Of a stretch of DNA of 64,000 nt, positions 1-12,459 are shown one piece after another; within the stretch, counting starts at the first letter, position 1; each line of letters starts with the position of its first letter. The DNA lies in contig CAIIXF020000001.1 of assembly GCA_903813345.2 (NCBI GenBank), positions 16,368,001-16,432,000 of the forward strand. Reading direction: 5' to 3'. Made by a program: the position numbers and the translations under genes. The notes under the pieces are model-generated. The model was not told where the DNA came from, did not search any database, and saw only the letters and a program-made list of their open reading frames with translations. This stretch comes from Owenia fusiformis. Its lineage: Eukaryota.

Positions 1-780
1 AAGAATTCCAACTACTTGTGATATTTAGGTAGATACATGAGCAATATGTTCATTCCATTTTAGTTTATCATCGATAATAACTCCAAGAAAAGTAGTCTTT
101 GAAATTCTCTCAATAGGTATATTTCGAATTTTAATATTTAGCATTTTTATTTCAAATGTTTTTGATTTCTGTGAATTAAAGATCATGAATTTAGATTTTT
201 CTGTATTAAGCGATAGTTTATTTACACGTAGCCATTCGTCAAGAATTTCTAATTCAGAGTTTACATGATTAATAAGAGTACTTAGATTTTTATGTGAGCA
301 GAGGAGATTTGTATAGTATAATTTTTGAAGAAGTATCTCATGATTAACAGTATCAAATGCTTTAGATAAGTCGATAAAAATGGCAATATTAAAATCTTTC
401 TTTTCAATTCAATGGGATTAATATAATGTCTCTAAGAAGCTGGTAATAGCCATATATGTAGATCTAGTTTTCCTAAAGCCAAATTGATGTTCACAGAAGA
501 TTTTGTATTTTTCTAGAAAATCTATGAGTCGATTTGCCATTACTCGCTCCAGCACTTTTGAGAATACTGATAATAGGGAGTTTGGTCTATAATTATTGAA
601 TTTAGTTTCACCCTCCTTTTTGAACATAAGTTTGATTTGACCTTGGCCAGGGCTTTTGTATCCAAGTTCTTTAGAGATTTTGCTCATTTCATAATTTGAG
701 ACATCTGATAGGAAAATTGACCTGTTAAAATTTTTTTCAAGTTCTTTTTTCTAAATAATACCTTGGCTGTTTCAATACTA
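1..780 (-). mobile_element. Degraded non-LTR retrotransposon RT fragment (CR1/L2 group), runs off the window start
   Basis: ORF 418-687 has NYRPxSLLSVFSKVLER...HQFGFRK..ST; downstream minus-strand pieces read IFIDLSKAFDTVNHEIL, DTNLL and WLRVNKLSLN, with stops and deletions. Confidence 0.85.
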
Positions 781-1481
781 CATGTAATAATCCCCATCAA
801 GATTTTTGTTTGAAACGTCTCCACAGATCATCACCATATGGGTTTTAAAATACATGGTGATAGAGATTATTAATCAAGTCTGATATAAACGGTGACAATA
901 ACTGTCATTAAACAAGAATTTCGCAGTATTTCTTTTCAGTATAGTTGAGTACGTATTTGAGGAGAGCTCGAACTAAGATTAGATGATGCTCTTTACGTAT
1001 GAACTTGCTGTCTGGTTCCTTGATATGTGTTCCCCATGAGTCAAAATACCTTGTTTGTCCCGCAGTGGTAGCTGTACAAGGAGTGGTGATCATGCCCAAC
1101 GTTCTTTGTGAAGATTCGACAATCAAAATTCACGTATACTAGTACGTTATGTTTATAATTGTATACTCATTTTCAGCAATGGTCGTAAATTTATGATGGT
1201 GACAAAACAGATGTTAAACAAGATGATTCCATACGAATGATTCGGCGTAGAAAACGCCAAGCTGCAAGTACTGCTGCAAGTAAGCGCTAGGCTATATAGA
1301 GAAACGCCATTCAATAATTTTGGTATTATTCAGATAAGAGGTAATAATATATCATATCAGGAAATGACTACAATGCAGCATTTAAAATCCACATATACGG
1401 CAAGTTAATAAGTTATCGGCGCTGTCTGTTGCGGAAAGGCCATTTTGTGGAATGGTGGAAATAAGGGAGCTCTCTTGTAAT

Positions 1482-1661
1482 GATGTGTCGCGCATGCATT
1501 GTTACACATTTTGTGGCGTAATCCAGAGGATCCTCGCTTTTAACTTGATAATGTGACGTTTTTGAGAAAAATGTACACACATGAAAATCCTTTCGTCCTC
1601 CACATTTACCTCTATATCCCGAAACATTTTAGACGAATAACTCTGATATCATATATATATT
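1482..1661 (-). mobile_element. Family A non-autonomous TIR element, first piece of a split copy
   Basis: Reverse complement matches the last ~190 bp of the copies at 55595-56504 and 61403-62312; the match stops at gatatcatatatatatt. Confidence 0.9.
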
Positions 1662-1880
1662 TAAACCTGGCTGAACTCTGACACAGAGAAGCAATGTGCA
1701 TCTCTTTTCTCTGATTATACACCGTATTTCTCTTCTAGAACTGATCGTGCAGGCGGGGGTGCTGCTTTATTCATTTTTAATGGTATTTGCCACAAATTCA
1801 GACATGATATCAAATTTCACGATGATCAGTGCAATTCCTTAGCCATTGAAATTGTCAACCAACAATCTAAGAACATCATC
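1662..1880 (+). mobile_element. 5' piece of a truncated LINE: AP-endonuclease fragment
   Basis: Translates TWLNSDTEK...SRTDRAGGGAALFI...NSLAIEIVNQQSKNII, the ETWL / R..GGG / IEI..KNII pattern of LINE APE domains; begins exactly where family A is interrupted. Confidence 0.8.
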
Positions 1881-2742
1881 CAAGCCGCAAATGTGCTTCG
1901 GTTAGGCCGATTTCTACTTCCGCCGGGACGTCATAAAGTCCGATATTTCGATTTCGTCGGTAGAGCCCCAAATCACCCAGCCATTTTTGATTGTTCCTAA
2001 CTTTGTGAATTTTTGATGAAATTGAATTCTGTTTTCAGTTTTGAGTTATATAAGTCTAGAACTTAGTTCATTGGAGTGGATATGACTCAAAGCTCGTGAA
2101 AATGCAGCTGAAATGCTTTCGAAACAATTCGAATTTTTTTCAAGCGATTTTTTAAGAAATTAAAACTTTTTCGAAAAAACTGGCAGAAAACCATCTCCCC
2201 CTGCTCTGAGATTCAAAGTGGTATTTAAATGATACAAGACGATATGGGAAACATTTTTATCGACTTACCTTTTGTGAAGAATACGTGCAACTCGCTGAAA
2301 ATTACTTTCAAACCTAGATCATTATTTTCGATTTTCTTGTTTCACTATTGAAGAGCGATCGTTAGTTTCCGGTTCCGCCGTGCGTTACAAACTTTTTGCT
2401 TTTGAACATGTTGAACATTTAGACCTTTTTAGGTTGAATATAATGATACTCATGCAGATTTACTATGTTGTATATGTATGCTGTATATCTGACTACCCAT
2501 GGACCTCATAATGAGTAAGTACAAACGCTTAATTGAGCCTAGGATCGACGAAACATGTCAGTTAATTGACCTAGATTTTTCAAAATGGATGCCATATTTT
2601 CGATTCCCAATCGGTAAAAACTATGTTTTGATATCTATAATAACATATTTTCAGGGTAATAAATTGAACGATTACAATACACCTGGACTCACTAACGACA
2701 TATTGTGGACATCAGAAGGTACAAATCGTTTTGCAGCATTAA

Positions 2743-3156
2743 GGACAGGGTGCATGTTGGGAAATTTTCTGCATTCCTCAATTGAGTCACATGTTATTTT
2801 TCAAACATGAATAACTCCTTCCCCACATTGTCTTCATCTTCCAAGTTTGCACAAAGAGTGCACCTTTGTGCCTAGAAAAGCCTTGTGAGAAGGTTTGTTT
2901 TGTAAAATGTATAAAAAATGAGAAAATTCAGTGAAAAAAAATTCTGAAAATTTTCTGATTTTTTTCACTGAATTTTCTTGTTTTTTATACACTTTATCAA
3001 AACATTCTTTTCACAAGTCTTTTCTAGGCACATAAGTGCACTCTTTGTGCAAAACTGGAAGATAAAGACAATGAAGAGAAGGAGTGATTCTTGTTTGAAA
3101 AATAACATGTGACTCAATTGAGGAATGCAGAAAATTTCCCATCATGCACCCTGACC
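2743..3156. mobile_element. Palindromic (foldback) MITE, Kolobok-like
   Basis: ~414-bp imperfect palindrome centred near 2950; TTAA at 2739-2742 and 3157-3160; termini GG...CC. Confidence 0.85.
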
Positions 3157-3389
3157 TTAACACATTGAGACAGGTTGGTTATTTCCTTATTTCATTGGTT
3201 CCAAGCTTCAAAATTTTGATACATTCTCTCTGACTGCAATTTTGAACCAGGGTAAACGGTTTTAGAATCTGTCTTTATATTCTCAAGTCAATTTATAATT
3301 TTTGACTCAAATTGCTGTAGATATTGACTCTACCTTTACTTGAGATACTGTTTTAGCTTCTAATCATTTTCTATTATCATAACGAGACC

Positions 3390-5551
3390 CTATCTGTTGC
3401 AAGACTAACGCCTGGCGTAACCGTCACCATGTTATTCAGTGTTTTTAAGTAGCGCAAGGATCCTGCCATGACCGCGGTAATGTTATCATGAAAGCTTGGT
3501 ATAACCGCGACAATGCTGTATTATATTGCAATGCCTGCCATGACCGTGACAATGTAATATAGTACTGCAAGGCCTGGCATGACCGTGACAATGTTATATA
3601 GTTCTGCAAGGCTTGGCATGACTGTGACAATGTAATATAGTATTGCAAGTTCAGGTATGAGATTGATAAGGTATACATTTACGATTAGGACTGCTATAAC
3701 CGTGACAATGTGTATTGCAAAGCCTGGCATGATCGTGGTAATGTAATATAGTACTGCAAGGCCTGGCATGGCCATGACAATGTAATATAGTATTGCAAGG
3801 CTTGGTATGACTGCCGTGGCAATGTGATATAGTATTCCAGGTTCGGGTATGAGAGTGGTAATGTAGAAATTTATGATTACTATAAGTGACCGTGAAAGTA
3901 TTTGAAAACCTGGCATGACTGTGACAATGTATTATGGGATCACAAAGCCTGGTATGACCATGACAATGTAATATAGTATTGCAAGGCCAGGTATGAGGGT
4001 GGTAATGTAGAAATTTAGGCTTAATTAGTCCTACTATGATCGTTATAATGTATTGCAATGACTAGTAAATATGTATGACATTAATGCTAGGAATATCCTT
4101 AACAATTTTAAGTGATCGTCATTACAATTAAACAGTTTAATACTATGATCATGGTGTTTAACTACCTTAGTACCACGGACAGGTTGTATGATGCAGTCGT
4201 TTTTTACTCTATATTTGCAATAGAACAACCATTTTTATTGAAATTTTCAAGATTTATTCTAGAGACAATTTCCAACATGGAAAATAAATATTTCATCAAA
4301 ATTTCCAATTTTATGATTTTGACGGGCTTTTTTCAAAAACACTACACTCTCAATAAAATACAGATTTTTGCTTGAACAATTGAACTTTTAACGTCATTTC
4401 AAATATTGTCTGGCTATGGAATTTCCGGCCGCCTAAAGTCTTTCCAGATATATCTGTTGCCATATTCATAATATTGGCTGATTATTGTTATTCATTGAGT
4501 CATATTCAATATTATTACAGTGCATTAGGCCAATAAAAATTTGTTGCTCTGGGCCTCGTTTTGTGAAGCATTCCCTAGATTGAGCCCAGATAGAGGAGGT
4601 CAATTTTCTTGTCCACAAACATGAGTTCAACCTGTGGTCACTGTTCAATACTGTCCAAAATAAAGTAAAACATTACGAATCTCCTATTTGAAGTATTCTT
4701 GGCATTAGATCCTTCAGAGATGTTAATACAGCTGTGTCAACTTTTATCATGAAATTGTCAGGGAGATCTGACATTTTAAAACCATGGTACAATTTACGTG
4801 CCACGGGCTCACATGCTGAGTGACGGTGGCGGAAAAAACCCAGTGGAGAAAAAGGTGCGTTTTCAGAGAAAACGTGACCCAAAATGAAAAGTTTTTCATT
4901 GGCCTAATGTACTGTAATAATATTAGGCCTATTGAATATGACTAAAATGAATAACAATAATCAGCCACAATTAATATGGCATCAAATACATCTGGGAAGA
5001 CTTTAGGCTGTCAAAAATCCAATAGCTAGCCAAACTTTGAAATGACGTCAAAAGTTCAATTGTTTAAGCAAAAACCTGTTTTTTATTGACAGTGTAGTGT
5101 TTTTGAAAAAAGCCCGTCAAAATCATAAAATTGGAAATTTTGACAAAATATTTATTTTCCATGTTGGAAATTGTCTCCAGAACAAAATATGAAAATTTCA
5201 ATAAGAATGGTTGTTCTATTGCAAATATAGAGTAAAAAAACGACTGCATCATACAACCTGTCCGGGGTACTAATCATGTCAAAATCAAAATTACTACTAA
5301 ACATTAATATTCACATTCGCTTATAAACCACAATAAAGGCTACGGTCGCGCCAGGCTTCCACGATAACACTTCGAGGGTCATGACAGGCCTTGCAATATA
5401 ATACAGCATTGTCACGGTTATACCAGCCTGTCACGGTTATACCAGGCTTACACGATAACACTACCACGGTCATGGCAGGATCCTTGCGCTACTTAAAAAC
5501 ACTGATTAACATGGCAACGGTTGTGACAGGCGTAAGTCTTGCAATAGATAG
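3390..5551. mobile_element. Non-autonomous TIR element with internal ~42-bp subrepeats
   Basis: Left end ctatctgttgcaagact...agcgcaaggatcctgccatgacc is the inverse of right end ggtcatggcaggatccttgcgct...agtcttgcaatagatag; array of catgaccgtgacaatgtaatatagtattgcaaggcctgg-like units at ~3460-4010. Confidence 0.85.
4170..5270. mobile_element. MITE with ~370-bp TIRs nested in the previous element
   Basis: gtaccacggacaggttgtatgatgcagtcg... inverted at ...cgactgcatcatacaacctgtccggggtac; TA on both sides; explains mirror ORFs 4112+ and 5064-. Confidence 0.88.
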
Positions 5552-6270
5552 CATGTGATCATAACTCCCCTAGCTTTAGGCATAAATCTGTTTCAGCTCT
5601 CTGATTTTTTTCTCTATCAGACTCTGCTCGGACTGAATTTCTAAGCTCTAGGCTTATTCTTTTATTCACTGTATTTTATTGTTACTCTGACAATGGCTGC
5701 CTTTATACATATGAATATTTTATTTCAGAACATTTCAAATGATTATTCTCTACAATCTATGGATGCATCAGGTAAACTTGTAACATGATATAATGAACTT
5801 TGAATATCCTTATAATCAAAAATTATGTTCTTCTCCAGACCAACTTTGGCACACTCTTCCCAATATGGTGGTAGAATGGAATGAAAGGAGTTGGATTATC
5901 TTCTCTAATTGGTGCAGATAACATAGATTGAGGACATGCCAGATGAATCCCAGAATGCACTAGCTGTAATGATCACATCTAGTATTGAGGAGCAATGTAC
6001 TACTCAACATACCAGATTACTGGGACCCCATGCTTCAAACACAAAAGGTGGAGCATTTTAATATTCCCTCATGATGATGATACAAAGATGATTGGGTTCT
6101 GTTTGGTTGTGGGTTGTTACTCTGTGAAAAGCACCATCAATTTTATAGTCACATACACTGTCCTTATTGAAGGCAATTTTGAGTTTGGAGTAAGAAAAAC
6201 TAAAAAACATTAAACTATAAACTTTATCTTTTAAAGGTTTCATATCATTCTCAATATTTCACAATTACTC

Positions 6271-6693
6271 AGATGCGAGTAGGTAGTTACCAGTTTCGCC
6301 ACCAGGGGGCTGATTCGGGGGAAATAACATGGCAGGGTATTACAAAATTCCCTTAAACCTGAATATTGATAAGTTTTAGTGGTTCACTTTTCATATTATC
6401 CTCATGTATGTGATAGTTATACAAATTAAAATATGTCCAGTAAAAGAAAATATTATCTGCCACACACAAGAAAATATATTTCACTTTTTGTGGTTTTACA
6501 ACATGGGGTCTATGGGGAATCTCCCGACCTAGAAGTCACATTTTCAAAAAAAATTAAATTTTCAAAGTTGATAAACTCTTTTCAAAACCACATTTCTAGA
6601 TATAATTTTACATGTAGATTCCAAATATGACATCAGTTTGAATGAATTGTGAATTTCTAATGATGTAAATCAAGATTATTTCTACTCGCATCT
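6271..6693. mobile_element. MITE with 12-bp TIR agatgcgagtag
   Basis: agatgcgagtag ... ctactcgcatct; a related end lies inverted at ~15175-15267. Confidence 0.7.
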
Positions 6694-7083
6694 AGTATAT
6701 TTAATATGACTCAAATTATGATCAAATTAATTCCATCACTTTTGGATACATGTACTGTATGTAGTAAAATGAAAATATCTTCAGCTTTGACTTCCATTTT
6801 GAATAAGCCATCAATATTGTTGATATCCTATGTGTTCATTTTCTAAATGTATTATAGTTGTTTCATTTTTGTAGGATCATGTGCTTCTAATGTGGAGTGA
6901 GGATGCCTCAAATATGAGCAGCTGGCTTTGAACTCTTATGCAACTGGCTCTTACAGACATCTCTCTGAAATGTTTACAAAACCACACGACAGGAAGTTCT
7001 TATCAGTGTAAGTCAGCTTCTCATATGGTTCATAATATGTTCTACCTGCTGTCAAGGTTGGAATTGTCATTTTGGAGATTTAA

Positions 7084-7323
7084 CCCTGGAAGGCCTAAGG
7101 GAGGTACATGTACAAAAAGCTCCTGGAGTTTTGTTTTTTCTTTGAAACATTTTGTCGGTTTTGGGTAGTGTCTTCAAATAGCTGGGGCTACAGGTACATC
7201 AAATGTATTCTTAAAAAATCAGTGGAATTGTACATAGGGTAATTAATTTAATATGCTTATGCCCTTTGTACCCCCTCCCCCTCTTGGGACTTTGTGTGAA
7301 ATTCATACCTAAGGCTTCAAGGG
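7084..7323. mobile_element. piggyBac-like MITE
   Basis: TTAA|ccctggaaggcct ... aggcttcaaggg|TTAA. Confidence 0.75.
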
Positions 7324-8520
7324 TTAATATAGATGTACTTTGCCAATGATGTGATACGCAATATATTTTTATAATGAAGTAATATTTCTGTAGATCTGAC
7401 CTATGGTTAATAATTAAAAATGGATTGGAAACAATGTTTTCAATGTCAAAGAAATCATAGATTTCCTTTTGTTGGATTAAGTGTGAAACTTGTGTAATTT
7501 ATGATTGACATTGATCAAATATTGTATTTGTTTTTATTATCATTTATTGCAGCAAAGTTAAGATAGAACAAACCAATGGGAAAGAATCTATCATGGATTG
7601 TATGTTGCTTCATGCAGCACATCTGATTGGTCCTATATGTTAGACAAACTTGACCGGAGGGTATGCAGATCCTATGATAAAAATGATAAAAGTAAGCTGA
7701 TACCTGTATGTCTCATTATTTATTCACATGTAGGCAGGCATGACATCCAAAAATCCAGTCAATCAGAACACACCATTCAAACTTATATGCATTTTACATT
7801 TTACAACTGATTAAATATTAACAATTTACTTAATTACCTTCCTCAATTTTGTAAGCAGCTGAGTGAATAGTACCAATTTAAATAAGTATTAATCAATAAC
7901 AAGGTAGGTACTTATGCTGGTCAAAATGTTAAAAGATTGAACCCTTTTGAACAGGGAAACCACTCTCATGCAAAGTATTGAGCTTTATTTTACATCAAAT
8001 GTATACATGTATATTTGCAGGATTATAAAGCAGGAGAGATTCCAAATACTCGAATCTTAACACTTTGGCTGTCAGGAGGTCATCTTCCAACTAACAAACA
8101 TTGAACAATGGGAATACAGGAGGATAGCTTTCCCAAGATCATCTGGGCTTATTCCAATAACATTCAAATAAATCCAGTTCCCAAATACAATTTCCATATA
8201 CATCAGATATATTGAATGTTCATGTTATCCCACATGGAATATCCAAGCATATGTGACTACAGTAAAACCTGTCTAATCCGAACACCCATGGGACACCCAT
8301 GGGACTATTGTTGGTCGGGGGGGGGGGAGGATTATCATTGTTCAGTCCACTATATTGAACACTTAATACTTAGTCAGAAAACAATACATGTTGTTGCTGA
8401 GTTTATTCTACAATAAGCCTATAGCCTACATGTATATGCTATGTTTTATTTACATATTGAACAATTTCATTATTTTGGGAAAAATAACTCTTTAATTTTG
8501 GCATTGTATTTAATTAGAGG

Positions 8521-8891
8521 TTATGTCACTATCGTGGCATATATGCCCGAGGTCTCAGTGATATATGGCCCGACCTTGGGAGGGACATTGATCTCTGAGA
8601 ACCGAGGGCATATGTGCCACGATAGTGACATAAACGATTTATAACATAACTATATGATGATGTAGACTGGTCAGCGAGTAACGTTTTCTTATAGAATTGA
8701 CAAACAAATGGTTTGAAAATGATTGAAATGAGTTTAGAAAAATTGCTCGCGCAGTTTTATCGTCGATTGATTGGTTATGACGTCAGCGCCTTGACCAATC
8801 AGAAAGTTAGCGGGCGCGGGCTTTTCAAAACTTATATTGGCCCGCTGTCTTGTGTACACTTTGCACTATACATCATCATAGGTATGTTATA
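8521..8891. repeat. Long hairpin followed by a second inverted-repeat pair
   Basis: ttatgtcactatcgtggcatatatgccc / gggcatatgtgccacgatagtgacataa (8521-8633); tataacataactatatgatgatgta / tacatcatcataggtatgttata (8640-8891). Confidence 0.8.
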
Positions 8892-9387
8892 ATAGCAGAT
8901 ATTAGCACAGGTACGTGTACACAAGTTTATTGACCCCAATTAAATGAAATATGAGCTGGGATGAAAGATCTCAAAAATCCTCAATTTTGGGCTCTCCTGG
9001 ATCGCCAAATCAAGCTCATTATATCATGGCATCTCAGGACTGAGAAGAAATAAGATGTCATGGTATATCATGATGGAATAAGTACTAGTATATGATAGTC
9101 TTGTAAAAAATCTTATGCTTATTAAATGACTTATCTCATATTATGGTTACATAGTACTGCTTTACTTTAGCTTGAAAAAGTCGTTCATTGTTGTTTGTTT
9201 CTTGGCACTTTTAGCATTAGCAATATTTGAGTAGATACCCTCTTTAATTAAAAAGAATTTTTCATGAGTGCTCATTCGAGATGATGCATAATCTTTCAAA
9301 ATATCAATTCAGTATGTCAGATGTGCCTTTTTAGGAGGCATTTTAGTGATAGGATATTACGAAGGTGAATTTTTTCTCTTTCTCATG

Positions 9388-9955
9388 ATATAATCTTGTC
9401 TGCAAATGTGTCTGTGTTGTCTTTGTGATTATAAAACATTTACTGATTGAATCCTAGCTGTCATAACAGACCCATGGGATATAAAACAGTTAAGACTTGT
9501 TCATAATCCAAATCAAAAACATCCCGTTAATTTAGAATAAGGATAAAGCAATTATCTTCTTGATTCACACCTTTCTCTTAATCCAAACATAAAACATTCA
9601 GTTAATTTAAAATAAGGAAAAACCAATTATCTCCCAGATTCTCACCTTTCTCTTAGTCCAAATCTAAAACATCCAGGTAATTTCTAATAATGATAAAACA
9701 ATTATAATCTTGTCTGCAAATGTGTCTGTGATTATAAAACATTTACTGATTGAATCCTAGCTATCATAACAGACACATGGGATATAAAACAGTTAAGACT
9801 TGTTATTCATAATCCAAATCAAAAACATCCAGTTAATTTAAAATAAGGATAAAGCAATTATCTTCTTGATTCACACCTTTCTCTAAATCCAAACATGAAA
9901 CATTCAGTTCTTTTCTAATAGGATAAACCAATTAACTCCCGTATTCACACCTTTC
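9388..9955. repeat. Tandem duplication (~315 bp) with ~60-bp subunits
   Basis: tataatcttgtctgcaaatgtgtctgtg at 9388 and 9703; five aatccaaa...cacacctttc-like subunits. Confidence 0.85.
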
Positions 9956-11029
9956 CTGTTGTTTTCCACAATTAGGTTCATTTGATTCCTGATAAAATGT
10001 TCAGATTAGACAGGTCAGTTTTTCAAATCTGGTTGTTCACTGTTCAGATTAGGAGGTGTTCAGATTTCAAGTTTTTTTAACATGGGGGTCAATGGGAGGG
10101 AAAAAATGGGACCGAAAAAAGGTGTTCAAATTGGAAGGTGTTCGGTTTAGCCAAGTGTTCAGATATACAGGTTCTACTGTATTTTAAAAATATTAAATGT
10201 AGGCATAATGGTCAAAATAAAAGTGTTATTATAAACCTTGAAGTAAATGTTGATCAATGTGAAAAATCTCAACATTTATATATTTTTTATGTTGAACTCT
10301 ACCTGTATATGATAGTACATTTAATTATGCTTTGGGTTAAAATATATTTTACTGTATATTCTGAGAACACATCTGCCATCGAAGTTTGTATAACTAGTTT
10401 ACATTTTTTAAAGAAGTTCCAATCATATTTTTAGTTCTTGGCAAATGTGCACAGTCACAGTATGATGTTTCAATTTTATATCTATCCTTATCAATTAGGC
10501 CTATATGTATTGAATAAGATATGTCCAGTGCTGCCATATTTGAATTGGATAAATAAATATTTTTACTTTCGCTCTACACAGATTTTTATTTGTCAATTCA
10601 CATGATCTATACCCAGGGATCCATAATAATTTCGGAATCTTTTTTATTTTATTTAACTGTCACATTATTAGAATAGTACTGGCAAATGGATGGATATGCA
10701 AAGTATGTGTATTATTTACCAATTTATCCAATCGGTTTTGAAAGACAGGGATCATTGATTTATCCATTTAATTAGTTAATGAAAACAGGGAATGAAATTC
10801 TGCACAAAGGGCTAATGTGAAAAATACAGTCCAATCTAGTGGGGACCCGAGGTCTTGATCTTAAAACAATTATCGCTGAAGCTAATTGACGAAAGCAGTG
10901 AACATCTCTATGACTTTTATCGCACATTCAATAGTTGGCGAAAATAAATAAGAAAATTTGGACATTACACGCTAAAAAAGTTGATCATCACTTTCATGTA
11001 AACACAATAATAATATACAATAATTTTTT

Positions 11030-12400
11030 TAATCCGATCGTCAACGATGTGTCCGTAAGGCTTGAAAGGTTAGCGAGATATCATACATCGTGTAAAACGG
11101 CTGCATATCCATTCATATTTCTTTATGAAAGTTGCCGGCGACGACGTAAAATGAAAGAAATGGAAGTGAACTTAAATTAGAATTGGTCGCACTAAAAATG
11201 GCAGAATCTCGTTTTCCCCAGGATAGGTAAAAAAGAATAACGATCATTGAAATCCTCTTATTTTGATCTACAAGTGGTGAAATAATTTTAGATAAAACCG
11301 GTTGTTAGCGATGTGTCCGTTAGGCTTGAAACAATATCGTTGTTGGATTTTTTAAATATCCGGATGCGATTTTAATTATGGCGGAGACTCTACCTTCAAT
11401 ATAATGTATATATTAAATAAGATAATGAGAATAACCTTCTGAAATTTCTTAATATAAGCTTTGCAAATCAGTTTACTTTGTGGGAAACCGATAAAAGACG
11501 AGTGCTCTAATATCATGTAAAAATGGGTGCATCTCCCAGGAAGTTCAGTCACGCGACAATCTGGTATTATGTGACGTTAAATGATGAAATAAATGGCTAA
11601 AAGACACTTGCACTAAAAATTGGCAGAAACCCATCTCCCCCAGGGTTGGTAAAAAAGAATAACACCATTGAAATCGTCTAGATTTGAGCTAAATAGTGCT
11701 GAATTAATTATTTGTGAAGGCCGCCGTTAACGATTTATCCGTAAGGCTTGAAAACAGTACACATTTTTGCGTTTTCTATAAAAATATCACAATTGCGATT
11801 TTGATTATTGAGACCAGACCTTGAATATAATTAAAAAATGAGAAAGACCGTCTGAAACTACTTGATATACGTTTTTCAAAACTGTTTACCTTGTGGGAAA
11901 CCGATGAAAGACGAGCGCGATATCATCGTGTAAAGATGGGTACATCCGTCCAATAAAGTTCAGTCACGCTACAATCCGGAATATGTGACGTTAAATGATG
12001 AAATAAATGGCTCTAAAAAACACTTGGTCGCACTAAAAATTGGCAGAAACCCATCTCCCCCAGTGTTGGTAAAAAAGAATAACACCATTGAAATCGTCTA
12101 GATTTGAGCTAAATAGTGCTGAACTAATTGTTTGTGAAGGCCGCCGTTAACGATTTATCCGTAAGGCTTGAAAACAGTACACAATTTTGCGTTTTCTATA
12201 AAAATATCACAATTGCGATTTTGATTATTGAGACCAGACCTTGAATGAAATTAAAAAATGAGAAAGACCGTCTGAAACTACTTGATATAAGCTTTTCAAA
12301 ACCGTTTATTTTGTGGGAAACCGATAAAAGACGAGGGAGATACCGTCGTGTAAAAATGGGTGCATCAACCATGACGTTCATTCATGCGAAAATCGCGCGG
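11030..12400. repeat. Tandem array of ~420-bp units (about 3 copies)
   Basis: gcactaaaaattggcagaaacccatctcccccag at ~11610 and ~12030, diverged copy at ~11189; ccgtaaggcttgaaa recurs; tggcagaaaaccatctccccc also occurs at 2181. Confidence 0.85.
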
Positions 12401-12459
12401 GCTAATCACCGTAGATTACTACGCGAAATATGCAGAGAACAATGGAAATGACGTCTTGG

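Larger units (their letters stand above)
5729..8215 (+). pseudogene. Possible decayed multi-exon gene of unknown identity
   Basis: Segments 5729-5771, 5839-6047, 6875-7007 and 7553-7660 are bounded by pyrimidine-rich AG and GT sites, with a further acceptor at 8020; phases agree across 6047/6875 and 7007/7553, but in-frame stops are present. Confidence 0.35.
8260..10179. mobile_element. Tc1/mariner (pogo/Tigger-like) non-autonomous element with nested repeats
   Basis: TA|cagtaaaacctgtctaatccgaacac ... gtgttcagatatacaggttctactg|TA; repeated gtgttcagatt-like subterminal motifs at 9998-10165. Confidence 0.7.

Noticed and set aside
908-1126. YFDSWG resembling a Polinton protease motif, or an RT remnant
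   Set aside because: No catalytic His/Cys context and no convincing RT motif series.
3445-4058. Overlapping repetitive ORFs (His/Cys-rich and hydrophobic)
   Set aside because: By-products of the ~42-bp subrepeats of a TIR element, open in several frames.
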